Below are positions 1-12,981 of a DNA stretch of 64,000 nucleotides, piece after piece. Under the pieces are notes generated by a model that had not been told where the DNA came from, did no database searches, and worked only from the letters and a program-made list of their open reading frames with translations. Numbering within the stretch: the first letter of the stretch is position 1; the number at the start of each line of letters is the position of its first letter. Made by a program: the position numbers and the translations under genes. The DNA comes from Gekko japonicus (Eukaryota): contig NW_015164664.1 of NCBI RefSeq assembly GCF_001447785.1, forward strand, positions 2,186,739 to 2,250,738. The letters run 5' to 3'.

Positions 1-1496
1 TGAGATATGTTACCGTAAAGTCCACCCTCCAAAGGAGCCATTTTTTTCCAGGCATCCCTAACTGCACCTCAAAAGCACTGGTTTTAACCTGACCAATCAG
101 TACAACCCTAATTATCACAATCCAAGAAACTTTGGATAACAGACAAACTAGGGCGATAAATGAGAGACTCATCACGGCAAACCCCAGAAGGACTGGAAAA
201 ATACACACAGCCCTAGGGAAGGGTCCTCTCTTAAAATATTAAGTGATTTTCTTTTATTTTTTTACAAATTCATCCAGGCTTTAGAAGTCTTCATTTGCAG
301 AATTCATGCTGAAAACTGCAAAGAAAAAGAGGGACTGTCACTTCCAAGACATCTCCTTTAAGCAGATTGTGGAAGGACGCAGGTATATTTACTCTTCTTG
401 CAGTCCCAAAAAGGACTGAGGGCTGGCCAGACCTGAGGGGCACTAGGAGTTCCCTGTCTGGAGCACCCAGCAATCTTTTGCATGCACTTCTCAAACTCCA
501 TGCACCTAAGGAGTGAATTCAAAAAAATATTGGGTTCTTTGGCTGTGGAACTCCCAATGCGTGTCTGGTTTAGCCCTGAGTCTTTCTTCTTTGTAGGGGA
601 GAAAAGCGGAAAGGATAATTGCTACTTACGGGGGCCAAAGTGGCTGCAGAGCTGGTTTTGACTACAGTAATTCCAGGGAAAATACAGGTGAGACAGAAAA
701 TGAGTCTGGAAATCATGCGGTATCCCTTGAAGTGCTCCGTGGGGAATACCGTCAAATCTCAGCTGTTGGAAGAGGGAACCTTATGAACTTCAGTCGCATT
801 AACAACCTTCCTATTTCATGGTCAGGAGCAGAGATCCATGACCAGAGCAGAAGGGAAGAGAGAGGCCAAATTGCGAAACTGCCTGCACAGTCCCTGCTTC
901 TAATGAAACTCCTCCACTCCAGAGGCCTAGCAGCACAGTGGAACAAATTGATCACCTCGCCGTGACACCAGCACTTTGCTAATTGCAAGATGATGGGACT
1001 CGAGTGTGCAGCCAGGACAAAGCAGGGTTGCTATTTCTGTGTGACTTGGATCCTGCCCTTTTCCCAAGGAGCTCAAAATTGGCATTTAAGCCTTACGTAG
1101 AGGGAGAAATTTACCAGACGGTTTGCCCTGTGAGCTTTGCAGCTAAGCAGGGATTTCAATCAGTATATCTTAATGCAAGCCCAGTGCTCTAACACAGCTG
1201 CGGTGAAATGAGCAGTGCGTGAAAGGCTGGAGGATACAGAGCAGAGCAGGAAATGCAAAAGGGACTAAGAGCCTCTTCCCAAGCCCTTCTCTTTGTACTC
1301 CCCCTTGCAAAGGAAGATGGGTGGTGAAAGACGGGGCTTTTTCAGTGGTGGCCCGTTGGCAGTAGACTGCCCTTCCCTTAGAGGTTCCCTTGGTATCTAC
1401 TTTATTTTATTTTAGGCACCACAGCAAAACATTCCTTTTTTTGTACAGAGGCTTTTGAGGGATTTTACTCTTTTTAGCTGCTTATATTTTCTGATT

Positions 1497-1680
1497 CCAC
1501 TTTGGTGTAGTGGTTAGGAGTGCAGATTCTAATCTGGGAGAACTAGGTGTGATTTCCCACTCCTCCACATGCAGCTGCTGGTGTGACCAGCCCCACCTAC
1601 CTCACAGGGTGTCTGTTGTGGGGAGAGGAAGGGAAAGGAGATTGTAAACTGCTCTAAGATGCCTCCTCCTCTTCTTCTTT
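1497..1680 (+). mobile_element. tRNA-derived squamate SINE (Squam3-like)
   Basis: Head tttggtgtagtggttaggagtgc...tctaatctgggagaac, body ccccacctacctcacagggtgtctgttgtgggg, (CTT)n tail. Many copies in the window. Confidence 0.75.
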
Positions 1681-1754
1681 TGAGGACTGTTTTAGGAATG
1701 TCATTTCTAGGCTATTCTAAGCTGTTCTTATGCCCAGGTTTAGTTTTATTGCTT

Positions 1755-2112
1755 AAAGGTAAGAGTAAAGGTTCCCTTGCTCGAAAGCCAGTCGAGTTCG
1801 ACTCTAGGGTTGCGGTGCTCATCTCCGTTTCCAAGCCGAAGACCCAGCGCTGTCCAAAGACATTTCCGTGGTCATGTGGCCGGCATGACTAAACACCGAG
1901 GTGCACGGAACGCTGTTACCTTCCCACCGAAGTGGTACCTATTTATCTACTTGCAATTTCTTGCTTTCGAACGGCTAGGTTGGCAGGAGCTGGAACTAGA
2001 GACGGGAGCTCACTCCGTCATGTGGCACACTCTGGTCTCGAACTGCTGAACTACCGACCTTCCACAGCCTGCAGTTCAGCGTCTTAACCACTTGAGCCAC
2101 CACAGCTCCAAC
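1755..2112 (-). mobile_element. Sauria SINE, full length
   Basis: aaaggtaagagtaaaggt tail (ACCTTT repeats on - strand), typical body, tRNA head at ~2110. 13-bp TSD agttttattgctt (1742-1754 / 2113-2125). Confidence 0.9.
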
Positions 2113-3033
2113 AGTTTTATTGCTTGGTTTTCACACAAAAAAAATTATGCTGTTTTAGTAATTTTATTGTATGGTTTTACTTTGTGAACCGTCTCAAGCT
2201 GATCTCTGGAGAGGTGGCATATAAATTTTCTAAATAATTAATAAATAGTGCAAGGCTCGGAAGCCCCCCCCACACACACACACACACATCAAGAGCACCC
2301 AAGGAATCTAGAGTAGGGAGACGATGAGGCTGGATCGGATTTCTTTGCTGTTTATTTATTTATTTATATCTTGCCTCATCCTGTGCATATAATAGCAAAG
2401 ATTGCTTAAATTCAATAAATTGTGTCACACAGCTAAGGGATTCATTTCTTCCAAAAGCAACAGTAAAACAAAAAGAACAGGAAAGGGGGGAAAGCTTGAA
2501 ATCCAACAACTAATAGAAAAAGGGGAAGGTATATCTAAAGTAGAAACACAAATATAACAGACTCCTGTAGACTTCGTCTCCTGTTAAGACTTCATACTGC
2601 AAGGGAGAGGGATGGGTCATCATGATTCATACTGCATACTTCTAAGCCCACTGACTTCAATAAGGGTTTGACTTTGCTTAGGACTGTAGTGTTGTAAATA
2701 CACCATGGCCTTCCCAGCAGCCCAGATCACCATAACCCCCTCCTGGGGGACAGTTAACTGAAAGCACACAATGTTCCTTAGAATAGACATCAAGTACATG
2801 TGCACCAATCAGTCCATTCCCTTCCAGTCCCTAGAAGAGTAAATGAAGGGTGTGGGCCAACAAAAGGAGGATCAGCTTGTTTAGAGTAGCATATTCCCAA
2901 GATCCAAGGATTCCTGTCTGTAAAAGCACACCCCATGTTCTGTTTCTGCTCCATCCACTCTTTCTTCCATAGATGCACCTGCATCCACTGCTATGTTCCT
3001 CAAGCTGCCTCCTACAGGCACTGATGCTGCCAG

Positions 3034-3376
3034 CAGGGGTCATTTCGTAGAAAAAGAGCTAGGGGAACTCATTAGCATAACTCATTAGCATACGCCACAC
3101 CCCCTGACATCAGGGGCCCGGCGGTGGACCTGCAAGGCCAGCGGGAGTGCGAGGAAGCCCCGCCAAGGCCCTCCCTGGCCCCAGGCAGGCAGGGGTGGGG
3201 AGAGGCGGGGAGGAAGCAACTTACCCTCCCTCTTCTCCTGCCTCCTCCTGGCTGAATGAGGGCTGAAAGCGGGGCGGCCGGAAGCAGGGGGCGGGGCTTC
3301 ATCATGTGCCCCGCCCCCTGCACCTCACCCGGGGGAACTGCGTTCCCCCGCGTCCCCCCCCCCGAAATGACCTCTG
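3034..3376. mobile_element. Non-autonomous hAT element, copy A
   Basis: TIRs CAGGGGTCATTTCG...CGAAATGACCTCTG; 8-bp TSD gctgccag/gccgcccg (2 mismatches); near-identical to 8121-8454. Confidence 0.85.
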
Positions 3377-4329
3377 GCCGCCCGGTAGTATTGCCAAAGT
3401 ACCATCATGAGCTTCCTACAATGGAAAGTGCTCTGAGCAAGTCTTCTTGCATGGAATGTTCCTTAATAGGACCCTTATCTGTTCCTAGAAGCGGGGGATG
3501 GGGAAACAGATCCTTATGATTTAGTCTTTAAATCCTTGAATTTGATTTGAACTTGAGTAGGCTAGAAAGTTAATCCAGATGTGGAAGCTGCACAACTCCC
3601 ATTCTGTTGGCAAATCCAAAGCGGGCATTGGGGAAGGACGGGGGCGATCGATTAGATGCATGTAAAGAGATCGGGATGCGAAAGGAATGCCACTTATATT
3701 TAGAATCTGGAGGATGTTTCGGCATCAGATTATGACACCGTTAAGTAGGTCAGAGCAAAGACATGCAGCACTCGAGTCCCCTTCAAAGGCTTCCGCCTCT
3801 CACTTATTATTCCACTCACTTCCCTCCAATCTGAAAGCCAAGTCCCTTTGTCAGTCTTTGTGCCACACTGGTGCTTGCCATGCTCCTGAGCACTCAGCTT
3901 TTCACTGTAGCCGTCCCAGTTTTGTGTTCCTTCCCAAATGTCTGGAAGCACTACCTGGATTTTTTAATAATCACAAACAGGAACACAGGAAACTGACCTA
4001 GATGGTCTGTCAAGGTCAGTATGGCCATTTGATTGGCAGCAACTCTTCAGGGTCTCAAGTCAAGGTCCTTCACATCAGCCGTTACCCTTTCACTGGAAAT
4101 GCTGTTGACTGAAACTCCTAGATGCAAAGCAGATGCTCTGCCACTGAGTCTTGGCTACAAAGAGCCATTCTTGTTCTTGCTAATCCTTGGAACAGAGAGG
4201 AGCTTCCTTCCTGGGTGGTGTCACACACAACCAGCCAGAGGCCATCATGCTTTTCATTTTTATATGTCTTTTAAAATCATTTTTTAAAAATCCTTGTGAG
4301 CCATCTGTAGCAGGTCTCTGATAAGGTGG

Positions 4330-4385
4330 AATAATAATAATAACAACAACAACAGCAGCAGCAGCAGCAGCAACAACAACAACAA
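4330..4385. repeat. Compound (AAT)(AAC)(AGC)(AAC) trinucleotide microsatellite
   Basis: Read directly from the sequence. Confidence 0.9.
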
Positions 4386-7300
4386 TTGCATTCCCTTTCC
4401 AGTTAGCAGCCGATTGGCTCAAGCCAGCTGCCCTTAGCAGCTGCTTTTCAGTGACCTGTAAATCTGGCAGCTTTTGCTTGGGGAAACCACTCAAATCACT
4501 TGCAATTAAAAGAGACTTGCCATAGACTTGCCAGCTGGTTGTGACTCTCATTTGCTGTCTGTTGACCGAAAGGCGTGAATGCTGTTTGCTGACGGACCAC
4601 TTTGGTCAGCAATAAGAAAAATGAACTAGGAAGGAAACCAGAGGAGCGTTTCTTTATCTCTAGTGACATCACTGGGCAACTCTCCTCGTCAGGTCACTCT
4701 CCGAGGGAGTGTGAAACACTGGTGTCTTCCCTTCCATGATCACTGGGGACCTTTTACAGAGTCAGTTTCTTTGGGAGATGACAAGAGAGAGAACTGAGGA
4801 CTTGGGGATCCCTATCCAGAGACCGTGGCACACAAAATGCATTGTGGGAGGGTGACTTGAGATCATCCTAGTCCAAAAGTTCTTTTTAGCAGCCAGCTCC
4901 ATGCTGTTTTGGCAATTCTTCTGGCCAGGTTCCACTCTCCCAGTAAAATGGGACCTCCACTGCAGGAGTCTCAAGCATCAACTGCCCACCAGGCTATGCA
5001 AAAGCCTTAAGATTCAGTCTTCACTTTGCTTTGCACAGCCAGATATAGCCTCTTAATGTGTGCAAAGTGCTATGCAATTCTTGTCTTAATCTGTGTTAGC
5101 ACCCAGCCTGCAGACGCTTAACCATTTCAACTTGATCACCAGGAATGTCCACACAAAAAATCCAGGAGCAAGAGAGGACAGCAGAGAGTTGCTGACATGT
5201 TCTTCATCTCCCAAGTTTCAGGGCAGTGTAGGCCATGCCAAGATCTGTGCATCCATGGAAAGCAGGCAGGCTCAAGTGGCAGCTGTCACCACTAGGCAGG
5301 CCAAGAATCAGAGCAAATTTGTAAGTGAGGCAGGCAGACCCACTCAGCTGCACTCAAAAACCTACTTCTTGTCACATCCTGTTAACCTTCCTATGGTCCC
5401 TGTCCTGGAGCTGCCACTGCTGGAAAGGAAATGAGAGGCAAGAGGAGCAGAAAAACCAGGGACCTGCATTCACCAAAGAGATTGTGAACCCAGAATGCTC
5501 TGGGGCATCTAGGAAGAGCTGAACCTGCATTATCACATCTCATTCTTTGATTCTCCTGCACAGATACACTCAACACTGCTTTCTTGGATCTAAAATGTCT
5601 CTGCTGTATGGTGGGAGAGCAGAAGCAGGGAAGATGGAAGGTAGCATCCTCCTGTAAACTTGGCAGTACAGCTGCATCACCATCAAGCAAGTGATATTCC
5701 AGAATATCCTTGCTACATAGCATGCTTTCTAGCAGGACTCTTGGTGACCTAGTCCTTTAAATAGTGGGAAACTAAGAGTCTCATGATGCCTGAAAGAATA
5801 AATCCTTTTTGTTGGCATGTTTGTAAGCTAGAACTTAATGGCACGGACCATGTGCACAGTTACCAGATAGTCTGGGGCTTCCAGGAATGTTGAACAGAAT
5901 ATAAACCAACCTGTTTTTCAGAGGTCATTAAAGTTAGTTGCACAGCATCAGGGCTGAACTCTGGCCAAATCTGGAACCGCCCCCCCCAAAAAAAGGCAAA
6001 AAAACCCACCCTTTAAACGTGTATATAGGCCATTATAAAGGCTTGTAATCTTGATCCATCAGTGTGGCATATCACAGTTAACAGTCGATTGTATAAAGAA
6101 GGAGCTGTGTTGGTGCACAGAAAGAATACAAAAACAGAAGTTGCAGGATACCTTTCACTGGGACCAATTTTCAGAAAGTCACAAAGCAGTTGGCAAGCTT
6201 TTGACTTCTCCAGATGTCTTCAAGAAGCGGTATACGGGGGAAAAGGGTAAGGATGAGAATGGGAAAATATATTTCAAGCCATGTTATTCAGGCTTCTGGT
6301 CTGTATGCTGTGCAAGATGTATTTGCAGGCTGCCTTAGATTAGGTACTGTTGGGTGGAACTTGAAGGCATAGCTTGTACAGTGTGTGGCAGTGCCCTTTT
6401 ATGTCCAAGTTTGCAGTGTGCACCATCAATCATGGCCAGCCTCACCTACCGTATTGTGCCAGTTTTTGCTACTGGGAGCCAGGCTGGCCTTGCCAGCAGG
6501 CAGATCAGGCAGAGACTGATGGATTTCCCAAAGTGAACTAGAAAAAGAAGGTCTGCTTGAGTATTTCTGTCTCTGTGGTCATTCCCATTCTCTGCATTCC
6601 AAGCCCAAGCCCCACCTTTGAACCTCAAAACCGACTCTCATTGCTGGCAGCCAATCAGTTACTGTAGACAGTAGCAGCTTCATCTAAGACATATCACATC
6701 CCATTTTTTGGTTGTTGCTTTTTGTGAGCCACAATGCAGCAGAAATCATTCCAGTACACCACTGATATAAGCCATTATCAACTTACGCCTACACCCAAGG
6801 AGCTGGTTGTGGGGCTGTACCTTCTGGGAAGGAGAATGGCATTTTGATTTTGAGAATATAAATACCAGGGCTTAATCAAATAGCCTTCTTGCACCAAATA
6901 GAACACAATTTTCCAAGAGGAACTGGGAAATGTGGAAGTCCTCATATTCACAAAAATGACGACGAAGTACTAAGTAAAAGAAGGCTAAAAAAGGATCTTG
7001 ACTCAGCAAAAGTAAATCTTAGGAGGACAAGAAGAGACTAGATGCTTGCCTGTCAAAAAGAGTCATTATGTGTCTGTGAAATTAATAACATTTTGCAGAA
7101 GGGGTTGCTAGCATGTCCCCTGAATGGATCCCAAGAGGCCCTTCTAAGACTTCCCCCATTTAATGCTGCAGGGTTTTCACACTGCCCTCTGTTGGGGAGG
7201 ACGTTTTCCTCTTTGAGGTGCAGGTAGCATTTCTGTCCACCTCCTGAATGTCTTCTTTTCCTCTCCTTTAAGCCCTTTCCACCTGATTTCCCCAAGATTT

Positions 7301-8120
7301 GAGAGTGGCAAACAAGGTTAAGAGTTTGCAGGCACACTGCCTGTGTTTGTGTATGGCAGAGAGGGTTCAAGTGAGCCAGTGTAATGGTGTATAGTCCAAT
7401 ACTTATTCTATTCTGAGCATTAACGCAAGTGTTCCTTCAATGTGATAAATCAAAGTTTGCCAGATCAGCATTTCAAAAATGAATTGAACTTTAATCCCAG
7501 AAGAGACGAAGAAGTCAAAATGAGGGGCTGCATGGGAAGAAGAGGCATTATTCCAGCAACAGTTATAAGCCCAGCTGCCCACAGGAAAAACAGCCCTTGG
7601 TCTTGTGGCAATCAGTGTGGGTGTCTTTTATTTGTTTTTTTTTATATTACTTCATTTCTACCTCCACCTTTCACTCCAATGGGGACTCAAATCAACGTGC
7701 GTAGTTCTCCTCTCCTCTTATTTTATCCACATAACCACTCTGTGAGGTAAACTAGGCTGAGAATGCCCCATGGCACCCCCATGGCACAGTAGGGATTCAA
7801 ATGGAGCTCGCAGATCCTAAACCACCGCTTTAGCCTGACTGCCCCTCTTTCAGGGTCCCCAGGCACTGCTGCTGCTCCTCCTTCTTGCCTATGAACACCC
7901 TCATGCAGGAGCACCTGTAACAACTCAGGGTCCCCTCCCCATTCGGTGATGGGATTCCATATTAATCCCACTCTGCGTTTCAAAGTCCACTTTGCCATGA
8001 TTCACCCCAGGTCTGTGCTGATACTGAGACCTCAGATGAAAAAGGGTCCCTTGCAAGCCCTGAGATACCCACGGCACAGACCCCTTGAGATGCTTCCCAG
8101 GCAGACTCCATGGTTCTTCC

Positions 8121-8454
8121 CAGGGGTCGTTTCGTAGAAAAAGAGCTAGGGGGACTCATTAGCATAATACATTAGCATATGCCACACCCCCTGACATCAG
8201 GGGCCCGGAGGTGGACCTGCAAGGCCAGCGGGAGTGCAAGGAAGCCCCGCCAAGGCCCTCCCTGGCCCCAGGCAGGCAGGGGTGGGGAGAAGCAGGGAGG
8301 AAGCAACTTACCCTCCCTCTTCTCCTGCCTCCTCCTGGTTGAATGAGGGCTGGAAGCGGGGCGGCCGGAAGCAGGGGGCGGGGCTTCGTCATGTGCCCCG
8401 CCCCCCTGCACCTCACCCGAGGGAACTGCGTTCCCCCCCCCGAAATGACCTCTG
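8121..8454. mobile_element. Non-autonomous hAT element, copy B
   Basis: Same TIRs as copy A; perfect 8-bp TSD gttcttcc (8113-8120 / 8455-8462). Confidence 0.9.
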
Positions 8455-9126
8455 GTTCTTCCCCAGCAAACAGGCCCGGTTCCCATTTCCAGGGAGTCAA
8501 TCGACCAGGACTCTTCTGAGGAGACCTGCACTCCATTGCTGCCTCTAGCTGACCTGGAACCACTGCAGGAGCTAGGCTGGGACCCTGCATCCCCAGAGTC
8601 TCCATCAGTCCATTGGGAATGGAGGCAGAGTAGGAAACATGTACCCACTGAAGGAACATATGATGGGCAGCCCAGAACGTATCTGATTCCACCCTTTCTC
8701 AGGAAGAGGAAAGGCTGTTGTAGGGCTTGGCAGGAAGGATGGGGATTCCAGTCTCCTATATCGGCCTGCAGAATGCATATGGCTAGGTGCATTGCAGTTT
8801 CAACAGTTCCCGCTAGCTGCTCATGGCCAGGAAAGTGCTTATCCTTCTGCTCCAGCCTCTGGCACCATGTTTCTGTGGAGATTCCCATTCCCAGCCCCTG
8901 CCTTACCTCAAGGAACCTGATTCACCCTCGCCAGGCCCACACAGGCTGTACAGCCTCCATGATGCATACAAGGCTGAGAGGAGACTGCTGCAACCTACTT
9001 ACGGAGCCAGGGACAGTCAGCCCATGCTGTCAACCAGACCTGGACACGCTTTCTCCAAGCCGTAGGTGACTCTTCTTGGATATTCGGTAGCCTTTTCCAC
9101 TGTCACAATGAGTCCAGAATCTAGTG

Positions 9127-9479
9127 CAGGAGTCCCCAACATTTTGGAGCCTGCGGGCTCATTTGGAATTCTGTCACAGCATAGTCACAAAATGGCTGCC
9201 ACGAAGTGGCTTCTGCAGAAAGTGAAGCCAGTCACAAAATGGCTGCTGCAGCTTACCTTCAATTACACAGTGAAGATCCTTGTGCTGTGGTGGCAGCTGC
9301 TGCCATAGCAACCTTTTTAAATATCCGCAAAGCCAATCAAATCCCCAGTGGCCAATCAGAAGCCTTGCTGGGCAAAAGCCCCATGCAGCCCCACCTACTT
9401 TCTAAAAACACTTGGCGGGCACCGGGAAAGCCATTGGCCGGTGCCATGGCACCCACAGGCTCCCATGTTGAGGACTCAC
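9127..9479 (+). mobile_element. hAT (Charlie-like) MITE
   Basis: Degenerate TIRs caggagtccccaac...gttgaggactcac; homologous to the element at ~52 kb. Confidence 0.65.
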
Positions 9480-9699
9480 AGAATGGAAAGAGGGTTACCT
9501 AGCCTAGTGGGTTTAGTAAAAATAAGGATTCACTGGATGAGTGGAGCTAAGGCAAATTCATGTAAAGGCAATAGCAAGTGGAAAGCTATCTGGAGCAGAA
9601 TAAGCAGAGATTTGGTTGGGGGAGAACAGGCTACTTGGAGGAAAGTAGAATACAGGCTGAGTAGAAACACATCTGGACTAGCAAAGGGTCCAGTCTGTG

Positions 9700-10365
9700 G
9701 ATCAGCGATGGCGGTCGTTCTCCCCGGACCTTGGGGGAGCGACTCACACACCAGCGGTACGGAGGGGTGCTACCTCAAGTAGCACTCTCACGGAGCCTCT
9801 GCGATAGGCTCCAGGCCATAGGGCTTTTGAGGGGTAGCCTCTTCGACAGCTAAATGCCAGAGAATTGAGGCTCCCCTCTGCCCTGACGGTCCTGCCGCTG
9901 CGTGGCCCTCGGGCACAAGCTGATTCGACTGGGACAAGCGCTGGAGATCAAGCGAAACATCGATTATTGTGAGCAAGGTCAAAGAAATGACCGACAATGA
10001 ACGTGAGTTCAAAATAAACTGAATGTTTTAAAAGCTAACTACCCCCCCCATGGGAAAAGCGGAGCACAAAGAGGGACGCCTCATATGCGAACGGACATAT
10101 AAGCGTAACAAAGGGGGCAGGGGGGAAATAAGCAGCGATTTTGTTTGGAGAGACTTACTTGAGCGCTGACATCAAGGTGGCGATTTTTCGAGTCCAAGAG
10201 AAGCGGTTTGAAATTGTAAACAATGGTATAAAATGGCAGCCTCTCAAAGAAAGTTAAAAGTTAAACCGGCAGGTAGTCAGAGCCCAAAACTGGAAGAGAG
10301 AGCAGACGTGATGGAGCAACTCGATGGTATTAACTAGCAACTGACTTCTCTGAATCAGAATTTCG
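9700..10365 (+). mobile_element. Probable L1 5' UTR and start of ORF1, running into a gap
   Basis: CpG-rich segment beginning with a GATGGCGG (YY1-like) motif. At 10233, ATG reads MAASQRKLKVKPAGSQSPKLEERADVMEQLDGIN*QLTSLNQNF (basic N-terminus, then coiled-coil-like). Confidence 0.5.
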
Positions 10366-11126
10366 NNNNNNNNNNNNNNNNNNNNNNNNNNNNNNNNNNN
10401 NNNNNNNNNNNNNNNNNNNNNNNNNNNNNNNNNNNNNNNNNNNNNNNNNNNNNNNNNNNNNNNNNNNNNNNNNNNNNNNNNNNNNNNNNNNNNNNNNNNN
10501 NNNNNNNNNNNNNNNNNNNNNNNNNNNNNNNNNNNNNNNNNNNNNNNNNNNNNNNNNNNNNNNNNNNNNNNNNNNNNNNNNNNNNNNNNNNNNNNNNNNN
10601 NNNNNNNNNNNNNNNNNNNNNNNNNNNNNNNNNNNNNNNNNNNNNNNNNNNNNNNNNNNNNNNNNNNNNNNNNNNNNNNNNNNNNNNNNNNNNNNNNNNN
10701 NNNNNNNNNNNNNNNNNNNNNNNNNNNNNNNNNNNNNNNNNNNNNNNNNNNNNNNNNNNNNNNNNNNNNNNNNNNNNNNNNNNNNNNNNNNNNNNNNNNN
10801 NNNNNNNNNNNNNNNNNNNNNNNNNNNNNNNNNNNNNNNNNNNNNNNNNNNNNNNNNNNNNNNNNNNNNNNNNNNNNNNNNNNNNNNNNNNNNNNNNNNN
10901 NNNNNNNNNNNNNNNNNNNNNNNNNNNNNNNNNNNNNNNNNNNNNNNNNNNNNNNNNNNNNNNNNNNNNNNNNNNNNNNNNNNNNNNNNNNNNNNNNNNN
11001 NNNNNNNNNNNNNNNNNNNNNNNNNNNNNNNNNNNNNNNNNNNNNNNNNNNNNNNNNNNNNNNNNNNNNNNNNNNNNNNNNNNNNNNNNNNNNNNNNNNN
11101 NNNNNNNNNNNNNNNNNNNNNNNNNN

Positions 11127-11350
11127 ATAACCAGGGCTAAGAGAGTTGACCTGACGCGATTCGGCCGAAACGCGTCAGGTCAACTCTTTTAGCCCTGGTT
11201 ATGGTTATGTTTTATATATATTGGTTGTAATTGGGCCCCTATATATGTTTTAATTTGATATTATCAATAAATACATGTACCTCTTTTTATGAAAAGGTTT
11301 TAATTTTGGCCCTCCTTTCCACTAACCTTTGCTTGGTTTTGGAGTTCTTT
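11127..11350 (+). mobile_element. Penelope-like terminal fragment with an inverted (palindromic) 5' junction
   Basis: 76-bp near-perfect palindrome 11127-11202 centred on ttcggccgaa, containing the hammerhead-type CGAAACGCGTC. Followed by an AT-rich tail with AATAAA. Confidence 0.6.
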
Positions 11351-11485
11351 GTTAGGTTTAGTTTCTTTCCCTTTCTTGTTCCTGCTAGCAGAGGAGTTTA
11401 TCAGAGAAGGAACAAAGAAATTGTGGGAATATATCCTATCCCACACCGCAGATTACCTTTATAGGAGCTGAAACACTCCTGGGGC

Positions 11486-11648
11486 AGGGGCTGTGGCTCA
11501 GTGGTACAGCACATACTTTGAATGCGGAAGGTGCCAGCCCAGGAGCTGAGAAAGACAGTTCTCTGCTGGAGAATCACTGCCAATCAGAGCTGATAGCACT
11601 GAACTGAATGAACTAATGATCTTGCTTGGTATAAGGCCCCTTCATATA
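11486..11648 (+). mobile_element. tRNA-derived SINE (Squam2/Anolis SINE2-like)
   Basis: ggggctgtggctcagtggt head and ...gtataaggc...ttcat tail; homologous to 16600-16810. Confidence 0.7.
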
Positions 11649-11964
11649 TATCCAGTAATTGGGGCAAGTCCTCGAAATGCCTAGGTGTTCTGGCCACACC
11701 AATCCCTATGAAGAAATGTCTTGCTGGACTTCACAGGATCACACTAATGGGAGTTCACCCAGTTTCACCACAGGTTCTATATATTTTCCATGTTTAACTT
11801 GATACAATTAACCCAGGCTATATTCTGCTCCAGAGCCTGCAGGGAAATACCTTTCTACACAGGAAGAGGTTCAAGCATGATGCCCTATGGCTCCTGTGAC
11901 TGATTGCACAGAAAAGCAGGTTTTTAAAATGGTACTTGGGACAGAGAGTCAGGGAGGTTATGAG

Positions 11965-12168
11965 CAGCGTTCCCTCTAAGCTGAGTTAGTGTGACCTAGC
12001 TCAGTTTTTTGGCCTCCAGCTCACACATTTTAGTCTTAGCTCAGGAAGGATGGCTCCAGAGCAAACTAATTTATGCAGTGACCAAATCGCTCACTCACAA
12101 CTTTAATGCCAGTAGCTCACAAAGTAGAATTTTTGCTCACAAGACTCCACAGCTTAGAGGGAGCATTG
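11965..12168. mobile_element. hAT MITE (TIR CAGTGTTCCCTCTAAG-type)
   Basis: TIRs cagcgttccctctaag / cttagagggagcattg; perfect TSD gttatgag. Confidence 0.9.
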
Positions 12169-12981
12169 GTTATGAGTTAATCTTCCCTGGAGAGAAGAGG
12201 TTATGTGATTGGCTGCTCTACTCACTCTCTGATTGGCCAGCATCAGTTTAGAGAGGAAATAAAACAGCTCATCAGGAGAGGAAAGATTCATTCGTTTTTT
12301 GAGTCACTGTTGGTCTTTGTCTGCCTGAATCAGTACCAAAGGGTTTGGCTTCTGAGGGAACTCTGAGGGAAGACACTTTGGGAGTCAGTGCTTTCTGTCA
12401 GGGATTTGTCAGAAAAGTACTTCTATAGAGAGAAAGACTCTCTATAGATATATAGATATCTATATATAGAGATATATTAAAAACTCCTCTGAGGGAGAAT
12501 TCAGATTCTCAGTCAAGAAAGTTACAACACTGCTTTATACAGACATATAGTATTGGAAGAGGAATTTGGCAGGAGGTTTGAGGAGTTAAAGAGAACTCTC
12601 AGACAAGCCAAATAGGAAAAGGAGTTATTGTGTCTTAGGGACAAGAAGAACAACTTCTAGCCAGTAGGAAGGGGTTGGGAAGAGAACCCTGGTCTGTGAT
12701 AAAGAAGAACTTAGACACCTTAGGAGTTACTGGGAAGCTATATTATCTAAAGGGAAAACCTAGAAACACTAAGTCAAAACTATTCTCTAAGAAATTGTAT
12801 TTAAGATTCTGTATAACAGCTGAAATATATAACAAGCTACAGCAACACACTCTTTTTTGTTCAAAAAACTCAATTCTGTATATATATTCAAATGTTTTAC
12901 CTCAGAAACCTCTATATCTTGAATCCTCATATTTATATATTCCCGGCCAGTTTGGTGTAGTGGTTAAGAGTACGGACTCTA

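Larger units (their letters stand above)
1290..2250 (+). mobile_element. Old L2 LINE 3' end, interrupted by two SINEs
   Basis: Degenerate RAFSVVAP...W..LP-type 3' ORF2 segment at ~1330-1460 and an L2-like tail ending in TAAA-type repeats at ~2180-2247. Confidence 0.55.
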
